Shown here piece by piece: positions 16,431 to 33,053 of a stretch of DNA of 64,000 bases; the stretch's first letter is position 1, and every line of letters begins with the position of its first letter. The position numbers and the translations under genes are program-made. The notes beneath the pieces were generated by a model. That model was not told the DNA's origin, did no database searches, and saw only the letters and a program-made list of their open reading frames with translations. This stretch comes from the human T2T-CHM13v2.0 reference genome, Homo sapiens, in the NCBI RefSeq assembly GCF_009914755.1, contig NC_060947.1; one strand, given 5' to 3'.

Positions 16431-19400
16431 CAGACAGAGCTCTGATAACTTGAACTGAAATGGCTCCCGATATTCCCTTATCATCTCTCACCCAGGCCAG
16501 TAAGGTTGGGGCACACACCCCAGGCAAGAGGCAGTATTACGTGACCTAACAAGGTCTGAGTGAGGGAGTGACTGTCAGCCCCATAAGACGGGATTCCATC
16601 CTGGGAGGCTGCACTGCTGACTTGGACAAGTGTCAAGATCCTGCTTTAGGAATGATAGGCTCAGACAGAAGCTCTGAGTACATGCAGCGTGCGTGGGGAC
16701 AGAGAGAGGAGCAGTTCTTTATGTGCCCTTAAAGTGAGCCAACTCCATGTCTGGGCTAGCCTCTCCTCTGTGTCTTCTAGAATGCTTTCCCTCATGGCTC
16801 TAGGGACAAGAATTAGTAATTACTGATTACTAATAATTTTTAATGATTGAATAACAACAGCAGACACCACCATTTATGAAGATATGATTCAGGGCTGTGT
16901 ATGTCACATCTCTCATATGCTATCTGCCTACTTTATCCTTCCCCTCCTGACCCACATTCTACCCCAGAGTTGAACCTGCAACTCGGTCTGCAGCAAGGAC
17001 TATCCTAGGAGTGGATAAATCTGGTAAATGAGAAGATATGAGGATTTCTTCTGGCACCTGGATTCAAAGTATTTTAATTTCTGGAGCCTGTGTATCTTCA
17101 TCTCTAAGTGGGAATAATAATACCTAAGTCCTAACATACTCGGAAGAGTTCTTGAGAAATATTGAGTGTGAAGTACTTTACACGGTGCTTAGCATACAGT
17201 AGACGTGAAGTAAATGATTGCTTATACTGGCGATTCTTCTGACAATGTCCTGGTTGCCCCCCATAGATCCTGACCATCCCTTGTTCCTCTCTGTATTGAA
17301 ACCTTGTGCAGAGCAGTCTTCTGATGAAAATGGCCCAAGCCATGTGACCCCAGGTACCCAAGCAACCTGTTTATCTCTTCTCCCAATTTGTTCTCTCTCT
17401 TCTTTAAGGAAAGGCCATCTTTTCACCCATCTGCCCCTGCAGAGCTGTTTGTGGATGTTGAAGGGTTGCCATGGACACCAGTAGGCCTGGAGGCACGTGG
17501 GTGAATCTGGGAAGACTTCAAAGGGGTGATCTCTGGACAGTGTTCTGAGGAAAGAGATTGAGGTGCCATTTGTTGAAGAAAAGGTAGCAGGAAGTTCTAG
17601 ATCAATGACATTGCACAAAACACGGGAAGTGATATACGGGACTCAACTTGAAGGGTAAGCGCCTTGGGTCTCTAGAGGAAACCCATGTAATTTTAGGTCC
17701 AGTTCAGTTTCTACATCTTCTGGATGCAAACAGACAGCAGGAGAGTGTGAGGGGCTCCCCACACTTACTTCTAGCCACCTGAGGCATCCTCTGTTCTGCT
17801 ACCAGAGTCTCAGGTCATTCCATAGAATGGTGGCCCCAGACAGGCAGGGATTTTTTTCTGTTTTCTTCATCGGTCTATCCACAAAGTCTAGAACAGTCTT
17901 CGTTGCATAGTAGGCACTTGTCAAATATCTGTTTAATGAATTCCAACGGTCTTTAAAGTTGAAGTGTAGGTGAAGATAAGAGGAGGTGAGTGGAGAGCTA
18001 CTGGAGGTGTTTCCTACTGGGGGAAAATGATTAGGAAATCTTACTTGAATCTGAGCTGCATTTGGAAATCATCATAGTATTTGGAGAAGGGAAGTGATGT
18101 GATGAACATTAATACCTCAGTAAGATGGGTCAGCTTTCTTCCAAATAGACCAGAAGAGAGGAGACAGGAGGCACTTCACTTCTTGCTAAAAAGTTATTTT
18201 CCCCAAATACGGTTATTGAATGAATAAATTTGAAAAACAATTTATATATCTGTTGTCATTGAAAGCCATATGCTTCTTATCTCATCTCACCTGACAAAGT
18301 CGAACATAACCATGGAGTGGAAGATAGGAATTTAACTTCTCTCACTATAAATTGCAGCAAGTTGACATTCAGCCTGGCCTTCTGAAATGCTCAGTTTAAA
18401 ATAACAGTTGCAGGTACCCGCCTTTGCAGGCTAACTCCCTTAGAGCATGCAGTATCAGTGTTTGCCCTTGGGACCAGACATTTGCAGTTGCCTGGGGAAA
18501 GTAATCTCTGTGTGTGCTAAAAACACAGAACACAATGATGGAAATGATACCAAAAAGTATGCCAACAAGATGGACATGATTCTCTTAGCAAAATGCTTAT
18601 AAAATCTAGATGCTTCACGGACAAGGGCGCAAGCAGAAAACATCCTCGCAAATGCTCCACATCCTACGTAGCTGCATGTCTAGGCAGAAGTTTATTGAAG
18701 CAAATGTAATGGCCAAGAAGTACTTTAAATGAGCTATTTCTTGCATCCTTGAATTATTTTCTCTCCCTTTCCTCCCTCAATCCCTGCTCTCATCCACCCA
18801 CTAGGATTTTTTTTTTTTTTTTTTGGCAATCTTCAAGGAAAAATAATAAAAAGAACTGGAATTTACATAATACCTTCCTTCCAAGATACTAAAAGCAGTT
18901 CACCCATCTATAATTTGTCCTTACAACAATCCTTTGTACAGGCCTGTTATTATTATTATTAACATTATTATTATTTCAATTTTGCAGTCACATTGCTTGC
19001 TGCTGAGAATTTTAGCTAACACCTCATTTCTTGAACAATTTTAGCCCCTCAGCATATGTATAAAAAAGGCTTCAACTGCCACCTCCCATTTGTGATTGTG
19101 CCATGTATTACATTACAGTCTCTGGCCCTCTGTTTAATTTTCATTTAAAAATATATTAAATTCCTTTATTGTGAGAGCACTGCCGGACTGCTGAACAGAA
19201 GGTGAAGTGAGCGTTGAAAGAGAACAGAATCAAACATAAATATCTTCCAAACTAAAAGGGAAATGGAAAGTAACTGTCAAGGCAAATTGATTTGAATTGC
19301 ATAAGAATGTGATTTTTTTAAAAATTGACTCAGAATATGAACTATTCTTTCTAACAGCTTCAACTTGGCAGATGACACTACCTGTCTCTTCCTAATCTCT

Positions 19401-19749
19401 TGCAGTCTTTCAAATTCCAAATTTGTATTGGGTTCAAAATTTTTCACATCTCAAAAATGTTCCCAGTTCACTGAATTCCTTTAGTTATCTCACATTTCCC
19501 ATATGAACAGGGCCTCCCATGGGAATGACCCTGAAAAGGCATGAGCCATTTGCCAATGGTCTTTCTTAATTGCCCCAGCAATCATTTTCTTCCATGGCCC
19601 TCTACCTAATTTATTTTTAACATAAACAGGTTTCATTCAGCAGACCAGATGTTGAATCCTCCCCGTCTTCTTCTCTTACTCATTTACAGTGTTACATGAA
19701 AATTCCATTCTTCTCTCTATATAATAGCTGCCCTGCTATTAGATAGGGC

Positions 19750-20455
19750 TGTATCAGTCAGCTGTTGCTTCATAACAAATAATCAAGATCTCAGTAGCTT
19801 ACTGAATACTTTCTTTTTTGCACTGTGGTAAAATGTATACAACACACAATTTTCCATTTTAATAATTTTAAATGTATAATTCAGTGCCACTAATTATATT
19901 CACAATATTGTGCAACCATCACCGTTATCTATTTTCAAAACTTTTTTAGTGCTCCAAACAGAAACTCTGTACCCATTAAGCAATAACTCCCCATTTCCCC
20001 TTCTCCAAGCCCCCAGTAACCTCTAATCTACTTTCTGACTCTGTGAATCTGCCAGTCCTAGATTTTTCATACAAGTAGATTTAATATTTTGATATTTTTC
20101 CTTCTGTGTCTGGAAATAAGTGTTTCTTTCTCATGCATCTGCAAACTGGATGGGGAAGCTCTGGTGATCTTGGCTGGGCTTGCCTGGAAACTACAGATTA
20201 GTTTCAAATCTATTTCGTATGTCTCTCCTCCTCCTTGGACCAGAAGGCTGCACAAGGCAATACAGAGCAGGAGAGAGCAAGCAGGAACAGGTGGCAAGGC
20301 CTCTGAAAGATTAGGCTCTGAACTGGTACACCGTCACTTTCACGGTTCTTCCATTGGCCAAAGCAAGTCATTGACCAAGCCCAAAGTCTAAAGTCAGGCA
20401 AGTAAACTTCAGCTCTAGTGGGAGAATGCAAAGCTACATGAAAGTGCATGGATAC
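19750..20455. mobile_element. MLT1-type LTR interrupted by an L1MB 3' fragment (~19815-20110, minus)
   Basis: tgtatcagtcagctgttgcttcataacaaa start and ccattggccaaagcaagtca block. Insert has L1MB end motif (tgtggtaaaatgtatacaacac...gcaaccatcacc). Confidence 0.65.
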
Positions 20456-21066
20456 AGGGAAGGTTAAAGAGCTGGGGCCATATCCTACATGGTTAAAATG
20501 TAAGTTCTGCAGTTGAATGGACCCTCCTCTACCACTTTTCAGCCACGCAGCTTTATGAAAAGGGATTTAATCTTTCTGAGCCTTGTTTCCTCATCAGTAA
20601 AATGGGGATAATAATATTACCTATCTCACAGGCTGCTGTGATTACTATTGAAATGCTCTAAATTTGCAGTAAAAAAAATGCGAGCAATATTATTGTCATT
20701 CTTAAAACGTAAAGAATAGAAAAAGCAACCAAAGCCAATAGAACCTTTTTATCTTTGCTTTTCACTGAGGAAAGGAAGTTTTAGGTTAGAAGAGGATGCT
20801 GGAAACCATGGAAGTTCAGAAAGGGAATTAGAATTACAAACTAAGACCTATTGGTACTTGAAGAACCAGTAGCAATCATTTTGTCTATTTGTTTTCATAT
20901 TTTCTTTTAGTAATGTCACTTTTTTTGACATAAACCTAGCCTATGATCTCAGTGCATAAAGCAGTAGAGGGGTTCTGGTTGAAAAGACAGGGGTATTCAG
21001 GGCTCTGCCCACTGGCAAGAGTCCCTGTCTCAGAAGGGTTGCATGGAGCACAATTTGAAAACCGCT

Positions 21067-21094
21067 AATCAATCAATCAATCAATCAATCAATC
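21067..21094 (+). repeat. (AATC)7 microsatellite
   Basis: Direct reading. Confidence 0.95.
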
Positions 21095-21228
21095 TGCAAC
21101 CTTAGAGACTGACTTTTAAATCAGAACCTTTCAATTGTTACTGTCCTCTACTACATATTCTGTATCTATCTGTAATCATATAAAATAACTATGACTTACT
21201 AAAAAAAAAAAAAAAAGAAAACCACTAA

Positions 21229-21537
<309 letters not shown>

Positions 21538-22949
21538 AAAAACCATTAATTTAATCCAAGCTTCCTCTTCTTCCAGATGAAAAAAAAATGAAACCCACTT
21601 GTGTAATGTGATTTGCCCCCAAAATCACATACCTAATTGATGCCAGATCTAAAAGGAGAGTAAAACCTCTCTTTCTAACTCCCTTGCCCATACCATGCTG
21701 GCTTCTGTGAACTTTCAAAGGCCTTGTTGGTAACAGCAACCTCTTCGGCCTAATTTTATCTCCTCTCTTCTTTTTCAATTTGTCCCTCATTCAGATATAT
21801 CACACTTATAGGTAGGTAGTGCTCATATATTAGCCATGATTCTGCCCATCTGAAGAATGCAAATGTGTTACTGGTGAAAGAAATGCCCATCTCCATCAGC
21901 AAAAAAGGGGAAGAAGGAAATGAAAAAGTATATACAGTAGACATGTGATACAAGAAATATGTGAATATGTATATTCATTCTCCTATAAATGTACTGATAT
22001 ATGTATATATATACACACTCATACATACACACCATTTTGTGAATCTGACACATAATAGAGAGTCATGAGATGGAAGTCAAAGTTCTACCATGTAATAGCT
22101 GTAGGGCTTTAGACAAATTATTCAGCATCCCTGAGTTCGGCATCCTCTAGGTAAAATGAGGCTAAGAATCACTGCTTCCCAGGGATGTTACAAGCATGAA
22201 TACGTATGAGAAACAGAAGTTTACCACCTTGGGAGTGTTACCAGGACTGCCAAAATGCCACCCTGGTACTTTCTAAGTTCTGTGCTTCTAGACCCATTTC
22301 TGAATTCTACAGAACAACTTATAAATACACAGGCTTTGGAGTCAGAAAAGCACAGATCCATGTGCTGATTCTGCCAGTTACTGAAATGTGAACTGAGAAC
22401 ATTGAATTGATCTATTTGATCTCGGTTTTCTCATTTCCAAATAAGAATGACATTACCTTCTTTACTGGAATATCAGGAAGCTTGAATCACACAAGTAATT
22501 TGTGTAGTACACTGTATGGCACATGGTAAACATTCAGAACACATTAACTCTTAATCTTGTTCTTATATTGTGATTGTTACTGTTCTTCAAAGTTTCCCCT
22601 AGTTTTCTACCCACTCAGGCACAGGGAAATACATTTGGGGAAATATTGAAATAGCAGTACTTTGAATCTTTAGAAATCAGATTGTTTTAAAAAATATAAT
22701 ATTTTCTTTATTTTAGGGAGAAACTATTAAAATCTTTTTTCCCCTAGAGAATGACTGCTGTGACGATTGTTCAGTGTGGTTTCATGTCCCTGAACACCAT
22801 CTCTATCCCTGTGTGTGTGTTCCAACAATTTAATTCAGCTGGCAGAACTGTCCCCCTTTAGAATAAGGTAGAGATTATGCTAACATTTTAGACGAGGATC
22901 CTCTTGTTGGTTTTTGGAAAAGTACCTCCACATGAGCATCTCTAGATGG

Positions 22950-23105
22950 GCAGCATTGTCCAACATATCATGCTGCCATGATACAGTATGGTAGCCTCTA
23001 GTTACATGTGGCTATTAAGCACTTAAAATGTTGCTAGTGCAACTGAAGGACTGGATTTAATTTTATTATGTTTAGTGAACTTAAATTTAAACAGCCACAG
23101 GTCTG
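22950..23105. mobile_element. MER3/MER33-type hAT remnant
   Basis: cagcattgtccaa...atggtagcctctagttacatgtggctattaagcacttaaaatgttgctagtgcaactga. Confidence 0.65.
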
Positions 23106-23779
23106 GAGACTTCTCTGCATGTTCTGGGCCAATGAGAATGCTGTTTGAAATTTTGATATTTAACTTATCAAAGAACACATCCTTGAAGATAAAGACAAAC
23201 AAAAAGACAATGGAAAGAAAGCTTTCATCCTGGAAGCATGTCAAAGCAGCCCAAAATGAATGAGATGAAACGAATTACCCCTTTCCTTTCCCAAATCTTC
23301 ATGATGATTATGGACTATTACTAACTGCTCACCAGGACTTTGGGAGTCCCAATAATTTTCATACAGTTTGTGCTACTTAGTTTGAGTGAGTTGAATGTGG
23401 CATGCTTACACCTTCTTAGTATCCCTCGCTCAACTGACAAAGCTTTAACTACTTTTTACATTACTGTAAGACATTCTTCTCCAACTCCTCCTTTGTGAAA
23501 CATAAATGGATTGCTTATTCAACATGGTGTCTTTCAGTCATAATGGCATTTATCTCCACATCCACTCAAGAATATGTGTTTAGATGACAGCATGTATTGA
23601 TGGACTGCAACTTATTCCAGTTGCTGACAGAGTAGAAGGAACTCAGTCAGACACTAAGAAGAGTAAAAAAGTAAGGTAAAGGAAGACTAATTGAGTTCAT
23701 AGAGTTAGAGATGCACATGTAATAGGATTGTCAATGAATGATAAAGCCAAATAAAACAGAGTCATTGGTTGAACACATG

Positions 23780-24235
23780 TATACCCTTTGACCTACCAAT
23801 TCCACTCCTAAGTATACACCAAACAGAAATAGATACACATTTAATATATTCACCAAAAGACATATGCAAGACTGTTAATACATAGCAGCACTATTATTTA
23901 ACAGCCCCAAATTGGACTACTCAAATGGCCATCAATGGTAGAATTGATAAATGAATAGTGGTTCAGCTACACAATGGCTACTACACATCAATGAGAATAA
24001 ATGATCTACGACTACACATCACAATTTGGATGAATCTCAAAAACAATTCTGAGTGAAAGAAGAAAGAAACAAATCATTGTTACTTTACAATTGTATTCAT
24101 ATAATGTTGCAAATGAGGTCATACTGTTCTATGGTATTAAAAATCGGAACTGTGGTTATCCTCAGGAAGTATATTTGGAAAGGAGCATGGGGGCTTCTGG
24201 GATATTGGTAATGTTTTGATTTCTTATTTGGACCC
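23780..24235 (+). mobile_element. Old L1M (L1ME-type) ORF2 end/3'UTR fragment
   Basis: ccctttgacctaccaattccactcctaagtatacacc...atagcagcactatt...tggatgaatctcaaaaac. Confidence 0.65.
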
Positions 24236-24239
24236 TGAT

Positions 24240-25132
<893 letters not shown>

Positions 25133-26319
25133 TGCATGTGTGTTCAGTGTGTAAATTTCAATGAGCTGTACACTCAAGGCATGTACTTTTCTGTATATTC
25201 ATTATACTTAAAAAGTGTGATTGAATAATTAATTAACAGAATCTCTGGATCTCACAAAAGAGGCCTTTGGCCTTCAGATAGACTTTACTAAACTGCAGGT
25301 TCTTAAATTTAAGTCTAGCCTCCGGAAACAGAAGCCTTTTTTCTAACTGGTTTCTGCCAAACTGGGCTTACTACAACATCACTAGGTCTTTGCTCTTCTA
25401 TCCTGTACATTATCACAGTACACATAGCTGTAGCTGCCACTGCCTCTGAAAACCCATGAACCCTGAAAGACAGAGGAGTTCTTTCCAGTTGGACAAGCAT
25501 GGGGCCTGGTGCTTCTTGTGTCATAGAAAGGAAAAGTGGCTCGGTCATGATGAGGTCAAGACCTGGGCTTCCTGTGGCAAACCCCACAGTCAAATTCAGT
25601 CAGAGCAGGAAAACCTCTGAGATGGTGAAGAATGGTAATTGTATTATTTAAAGTCAGCCTCTAGTACTGACACACATTTAAAATGGAAAAAAACATGAAG
25701 ATTCCTTGGGCAAGCATCAGAACAATTGCTGTGGGCCAAAATTCATAAATATGCTATACACTGTCCCTGATTTTAGGGTTGGCCTGTTTCTAGTCACTGT
25801 TTATCTTTACTCTTACGGAAATGTCCCCAGGACTGTGGACATGCATAGAGGCAGGAAAGAAGGGAATAAATGAAGGAAGTCTTATCCTAGGTGATGAGAA
25901 TAAAATAGTGATCCTGAAAAGGCTTGAGAAATGTTAATAAAGGAGCTGCCAGTTAAAACACACTCTGTTATTTCTCACTATAAAAGAAGCCGTTGGCTTC
26001 TTCTCAATAACCACCCTGTCATTTGTTCTAAACCATGGCTGGATGGCCCATCAACAGAGCACACAACCTGGTGGCCTGCTTTTGCTTAATGTCTGTTTTG
26101 TTCATCCATGGCAAAGTGTTTAAGAAAAACATCCACCCCAACTTTTTTTTTTTTAGTACTTTTTGTGCTTTCAGTTTACTATGTCAGTTTTTTCCAATGG
26201 TATTTACAAGAAGCGCTCTTAAGAACCGAAGTTCATTTAGAGAGCCATTAAAAAGTCTGCTACTCAATGAGTTCATGACTATTGATAACAGCCACCTACT
26301 GCCTGCATTGCTGCCTTAG

Positions 26320-27163
26320 CCCTTAACTGGGCCCACACTTCCACCTTGCCCTCCTGCAATCCATTCTCAGCTTAGTGGCCGGAGTGACCTTTTTAAAACA
26401 TGTATTTTGTCATTCCTCTGCTCCAAACTCACAGGTAAAGCCAGACTTTTGCAATGGCCCATCAGGCCCCAAATGATCTGGGCCCTGGCCCTCTCTCTGA
26501 TCTTTCTCCCTAGAATCCCTCCCTACTCTGTTGAAGGGTCGCTGAGCTCCTGGCTCTAACTCAAACTTCCCTGGCAGGTTCCACCTTAGGGCCTTTGCCT
26601 GTAGCCCCCTGTGCCCAGGAGGTTCTTCCCCTTGACAGCTTCATAGCCAACTACCTTACTTCCTACTCATTGTTGCTAACTTGTCACCTCTTAATGACAT
26701 TTAACTTGTCTACCCTATTCAAAATGGCATGGTGGCCTACCTCCCAACACTCACAAATGTCCATGTCATCTTCAGCATGCTGCATTATACATATGGTGGT
26801 ATTTGTTATTTATTTTTTATTGAATGTCTTCCCTCTTTAGACGGTAAGCTCTGCCAGGTTAGGTGTTTTATTGACTGTTTTATTTATTGATGTAGCTCAG
26901 GATTCCTCAATCTCAGCACTATTGACATTTTGTGCTGAGTAATTCTTTGTTGTGGGGGCTGTCATGTGTGTTGTAGGATGTTTTGCAGCAACTATGGGTT
27001 CTACCCATTAGCACTTCTCCTAACTGTGACACCCATAAATGTCTTCAGACATTGCCAAATATCCCCTATGGGGTAAAATCACTCTCCACTGAGGATCACT
27101 GATATATCCCAAATGCCTGGCCCCAGGTAGATACTCAATAAATATTTGCTGAAGGAATGAATG
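26320..27163 (+). mobile_element. L2 3' remnant containing a MER20 (~26897-27100)
   Basis: Ends actcaataaatatttgctgaaggaatgaatg. MER20 motif cagcactattgacatttt...cagacattgccaaat. Confidence 0.75.
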
Positions 27164-28129
27164 CAGGGAGAGCTAGACAGCATCACAGAAGTGTGCAAAA
27201 TAATTTAACTATTACCTCATGAAAAGCTGCTGCCTTTTATACATTTTAAATAGAAGCACTATTTTCATCCATTAGTCAAATAAGCATTTCAAAGGCCAGA
27301 GACAATATTCATTCAGCAAAAAATGAATTAAATGGACAAAAATTAGGTCAAACCAAAACCAGATACATATGCAAATTAACTCTCTTAGCAGTAGTTTCCA
27401 AATTCAAAGTGCCAAACCTGAAATTTTATTGCAAAGGTTTACAAAATACAATAAAATAAAGAGTTTGAAATGATGCAATTTCATCAAAATGTTAATTCTG
27501 ATCACCACTGTATCAATGATGTAGATTTTAACCATAATAGCCTAATATTAATCTTCTTCACAAAGAAAATCACAGCCTAAGCCTTAAATGCATTCAGTAA
27601 AATGTGAATTAGACTTTGCAAAGATTTCTGATTTCTCCCTAGGTTTAAAATTCAAGTCGTTGGTTATATGTAAGCGAGTTAATTCTAAGCCTAAAATTAC
27701 AATGTACTTTAATCCTTTCTCTGCAATTCAAATATTTACTTGACAATGCCATACCAATTGTGCCCTCCAAATTATTCCTTGTAGTGAAGCATTTTTAGTC
27801 CAAGACACTTGATTGGGTCTGCTTCTCCTCTAAGTTTGTTTTTTTCCCCTCTACCCCATTCTCCACAAGTCCATAATTAATGTTACAATTGGCAAATCCC
27901 ACTCTGAGCAGTAAGAAAATCTTTTTCCACACTTCAACATACGTTTGTATAAGACAATTTTTTTGGTTTGTTTTAATGGAGGTCACAAATACAGTATACT
28001 AAGGGAGTCATTGGCTTGGACATTTTATCTTCCTTGATAAGGGAGACATGTTGAATTTCAAAACTGTTTGACTGTTTTAAATAACTGTTTCTTTAAAAAC
28101 ATAGTTTTCAAATTCTTTTTGGGAAGATG

Positions 28130-28712
28130 ATGTTCTAGTTATCTATTGCAGCCTAACAAACGTAATGGCTTAATGTAATAATTAATATAAATAATTGGTT
28201 ATCTCTCATGGTTCTGTAGGTTGACTGAACTCATCCAGATGGTTCTCACTGGGGTCTGTCTTGTGGCTGCAGTTCAATGGCAGCTGCGGCTGGAGCCATC
28301 TGAAGGCTTGATTGAGGAGATATCCAAGATGGCTTCTTTTGTCATATGTTGTTGCCTGGACTTGGACAGCTGCCATAGTGAAAGCTGGCCAGGCATCTCT
28401 CCCTCTCTCCACACTACTTCTCCACATGGATGGCTTCTATATGACATGGTGGTCACAGGGTTGTTGGACTTCTAACATGGTATCCGGCTTTCCTCAAAGT
28501 GAGCATTCCAAGATATCCATGTGGACTTTATAAGGCTTCTAGGATTATTCTGACCAAGGCCCAGAAGTCATACAAAGCTATCTCTATCTCTACAATATTC
28601 TGTTAAAAGTGAGTCACAAGATTAGTCCAGATTCAAGGGGAGGAGACTAGACAGAATGTGAATATTAGAAGGTGTGTTACTTGAAGGTCATCTTTAGATC
28701 CCTAGTATCACA
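28130..28712. mobile_element. MLT1-type MaLR LTR
   Basis: tagttatctattgcagcctaacaaa...ggctggagccatctgaaggcttga...ccagattcaaggggaggaga. Confidence 0.7.
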
Positions 28713-31607
28713 GACAAAAAAAGATAAGCAATACAATTATCCAGTTTTTAAGGATGAAGTCTTTAATACATTGCTTAATAAGGATCTTTTCTTAAATTCT
28801 CTTTATTTTCCCTTTGGCTTAAACTGGTAGTCTTTTTGATCAGCAGTGTAACGTCTCACTCAAGGGTGAAAATGGTAGTAGGAGAAACAATATCTATAGA
28901 ATTGGTAGAAGCCAAGTCCAATGCTACTGGGCAAGTGGACTCTTTAATTCATCTCCTCTATGTTTCTGTTACCCTAATGACTATGGTGGCTTCATTATGC
29001 CCATTTTCTTCCATAGCATTCCCTGAACATGACTTAGAAATGACAAATAGTCCCATTCCTCTTCTTTGCAGGTACCAGGGTGGAAGCAAGCTTCAGCGGC
29101 AATGAGCAGAGTGTAAATGCTTCATATAGTCCATGACAGATTACACTTAACTGTAATATGTTGACCTTTTCTGAATGCTTGGTCATTTGCTGGACATTTC
29201 CACTCTCTCCAGCTAATGGCTTCAGTGCCTGTTAGGAATTGATTCAGTGGATAATTATAATCTCTCTTCAGAGTGTTGCAAAGGTCAACGAGATAAAGCA
29301 ATAAACCCCCATTTCAAGTGCAGTCCTGTGGCGACTTTTCTGAAAATGAAGGGCAACACTTCTTCCTTCATCTTTGCCAGCAATTGACTAGGCTGACGCT
29401 ACGTTATGGCTTGTTATCAAATCTGAAAAATCTCAGTGTTCTTTTCACATCTCCAGGTTTAGGTGGGAAGAGAAAATAAAAAGCAAGCAAGTGGCTTCAT
29501 CACAAAATACCCTAGGATTGGGGAAACGCCCTTCTGAGCAAAGATCATCGGAGAAACACTGTTAATCAGTTCTTATTTTCATGAATAGTGACTGTCCACC
29601 AGCAGCGAGTTTAAGGGCTGAGACTCACTAGCTTGCAGAAAACAATTATTTTTTTTTTTAGTTTTCTTTTTTAATATTTTTATTATACTGTAAGTTCTGG
29701 AGTACATGTGCAGAATGTGCAGGTTTGTTACATAGGTATACACGTGCCATGGTGGTTTGCTGCACCCATCAACCCATCGCCTATATTAGGTATTTCTCCT
29801 AATGCTATCCCTCCCCTAGCCCCCCACCCCCCGACAGGGCCCGGTGTGTGATGTTCTCCTCCCTGTGTCCATGTGTTCTCATTGTTCAACTCCCACTTAT
29901 GAATGAGAACATGAGGTGTTTGGTTTTCTGTTCCTGTGTTAGTTTGCTGAGAATGATTGTTTCCAGCTTCATCCATGTCCCTGCAAAGGACCTGAACTCA
30001 TCCTTTTTTATGGCTGCATAGTATTCCTTGGTGTATATGTGCCACGTTTTCTTTATCCAGTCTATCATTGATGGGCATTTGGGTTGGTTCCAAGCCTTTG
30101 CAATTGTGAACAGTGCCGCAATAAACATATGTGTGGATGTGTCTTTATAGTAGAATGATTTATAATCCTTTGGGTATACACCCAGTAATGGGATGGCTGG
30201 GTCAAATGGTATTTCTGGTTCCATATCCTTGAGGAATTGCCACACTGTCTTCCACAATGGTTGAACTAATTTACACTCCCACCAACAGTGTAAAAGCATG
30301 CCTATTTCTCCACATCCTCTCCAGCATCTGTTATTTCCTGACTCTTTAATGATCGCCATTTTAACTGGTGTGAGATGGTATCTCATTGTGGTTTTAATTT
30401 GCATTTCTCTAATGACCAGTGATGATAAACTTTTTTTCATATGTTTGTTGGCGGCATAAATGTCTTCTTTTGAGAAGTTTCTGTTCATATCCTTCGCCCA
30501 TTTTTTGATAGGGTTGTTTGGTTTTGTCTTGTCAATCTGTTTAAGTTCCTTATAGATTCTGGATATTAGCGCTTTGTCAGATGCATAGATTGCAAGAATT
30601 TTCTTCCACTATGTAGGTTGCCTGTTCACTCTGATGATAGTTTCTTTTGCTGTGCAGAAGCTCTTTAGTTTAATCCCATTTGTCAATTTTGGCTTCTGTT
30701 GCCATTGCTTTTTGTGTTTTAGCCATGCAGTCTTTCCCCATGCCTATGTCCTGAATGGTGCCTGGTTTGCCTCTAGGGTTTTTATGGTTTTAGGTCTAAC
30801 ATTTAAGTCTTTAATGCATCTTGAGTTAATTTTTGTATAAGGTGTAAGGAAGGGGTATAGTTTCAGTTTTTTGCATATGGCTAGCCAATTTTCCCAACAC
30901 CATGTATTAAATAGGGAATCCTTTCCCCATTGCTTGTTTTTGTCCGGTTTGTCAGAGATCAGATGGTTGTAGATGTGTGGCACTATTTATGAAGCATCTG
31001 TTCTGTTCCATTGGTCTATATATCCGTTTTGGTACCAGTACCATGCTGTTTTGCTGTTCTGGTTACTGTAGCCTTGTAGTATAGTTTGAAGTCAGGTAGC
31101 ATGACGCCTCCAGCTTTGCTCTTTTTGCTTAGGATTGTCTTGGCTATATGGGCTCTTTTTTGGTTCCATATGAAATTTAAAGTAGTTTGTTCTAATTCTG
31201 TGAAGAAAGTCAATGGTAACCTGATGGAGATAGCATGGAATCTATAAATTACTTTTGACAGTATGGCCATTTTCATGGCATTGACTCTTCCTATCCATGA
31301 GCATGGAATGTTTTTCCATTTGTTTGTGCCCTCTCTTATTTCCTTGAGCAGTGGTTTGTAGTTCTCCTTGAAGAGGTCCTTCACATCCCTTGTAAGTTGT
31401 ATTCCTAGGTATTTTATTCTCTTTGTAGCAATTGTGAATGGGAGTTCACTCATGATTTGGCTCTCTGTTTGTCTATTATTGGTGTATAGGAATGCTTGTG
31501 ATCTTTGCACATTGATTTTGTTTCCTGAGACTTTGCTGAAGTTGCTTTTCAGCCTAAGACGCTTTTGGGCTGAGACAATGGAGTTTTCTAAATATACATT
31601 TATGTCA

Positions 31608-31808
<201 letters not shown>

Positions 31809-32628
31809 TCATAAATAGCTCTTATTATTTTGAGATACATTCCATCAATACCTAGTTTATTGAGAGTTTTTAGCATGAAGAGGTGTTGAGTTTTATTGAA
31901 GGCCTTTTCTGCATGTATTGAGATAATCATGTGGTTTTTGTCATTGGCTATGTTTATATGATGGATTACATTTATTGATTTGCATACGTTGAACCAGCCT
32001 TGCATCCCAGGGATGAAGCCGACTTGATCATGGTGGATAAGCTTTTTGATGTGCTGCTGGATTTGGTTTGCTAGTATTTTATTGAGGATTTTCGCATTGA
32101 TGTTCATCAGGGATATTGGCCTGAAATTCTCTTCTTTTGTTGTGTCTCTTCCAGGTTTTGGTATCAGGACGATGCTGGCCTCATAAAATGAGTCAGGGAG
32201 GAGTCTCTCTTTTTCTATTGTTTGGAATAGTTTCAGAAGGAATGGTACCAGCTCCTCTTTGTAACTCCGATAGAATTTGGCTGTGAATATGTCTAGTCCT
32301 GGGCTTTTTTTGGTTTGTAGGCTACTAATTACTGCCTCAATTTCAGAACTTGTTATTGGTCTATTCCGAGATTCGACATCTTCCTGGTTTAGTCTTGGGA
32401 GGGTGTATGTGTCCAGGAATTTATCCATTTCTTCTAGATTTTCTAGTTTATTTGCATAGAGGTGTTGATAGTATTCTCTGATGGTAGTTTATATTACTCT
32501 GGGATCAGTGGTGATATCCCCTTTATAATTTTTTGTTGTGTCTATTTGATTCTTCTCTCTTTTCTTCTTTATTAGTCTGGCCAGCAGTCTGTCTATTTTG
32601 TTAATCTTTAAAAAAGAAAAAAAAACGT

Positions 32629-33023
<395 letters not shown>

Positions 33024-33053
33024 TCATGTCTCTGTCTCCTTCAGTTCTGCTCT

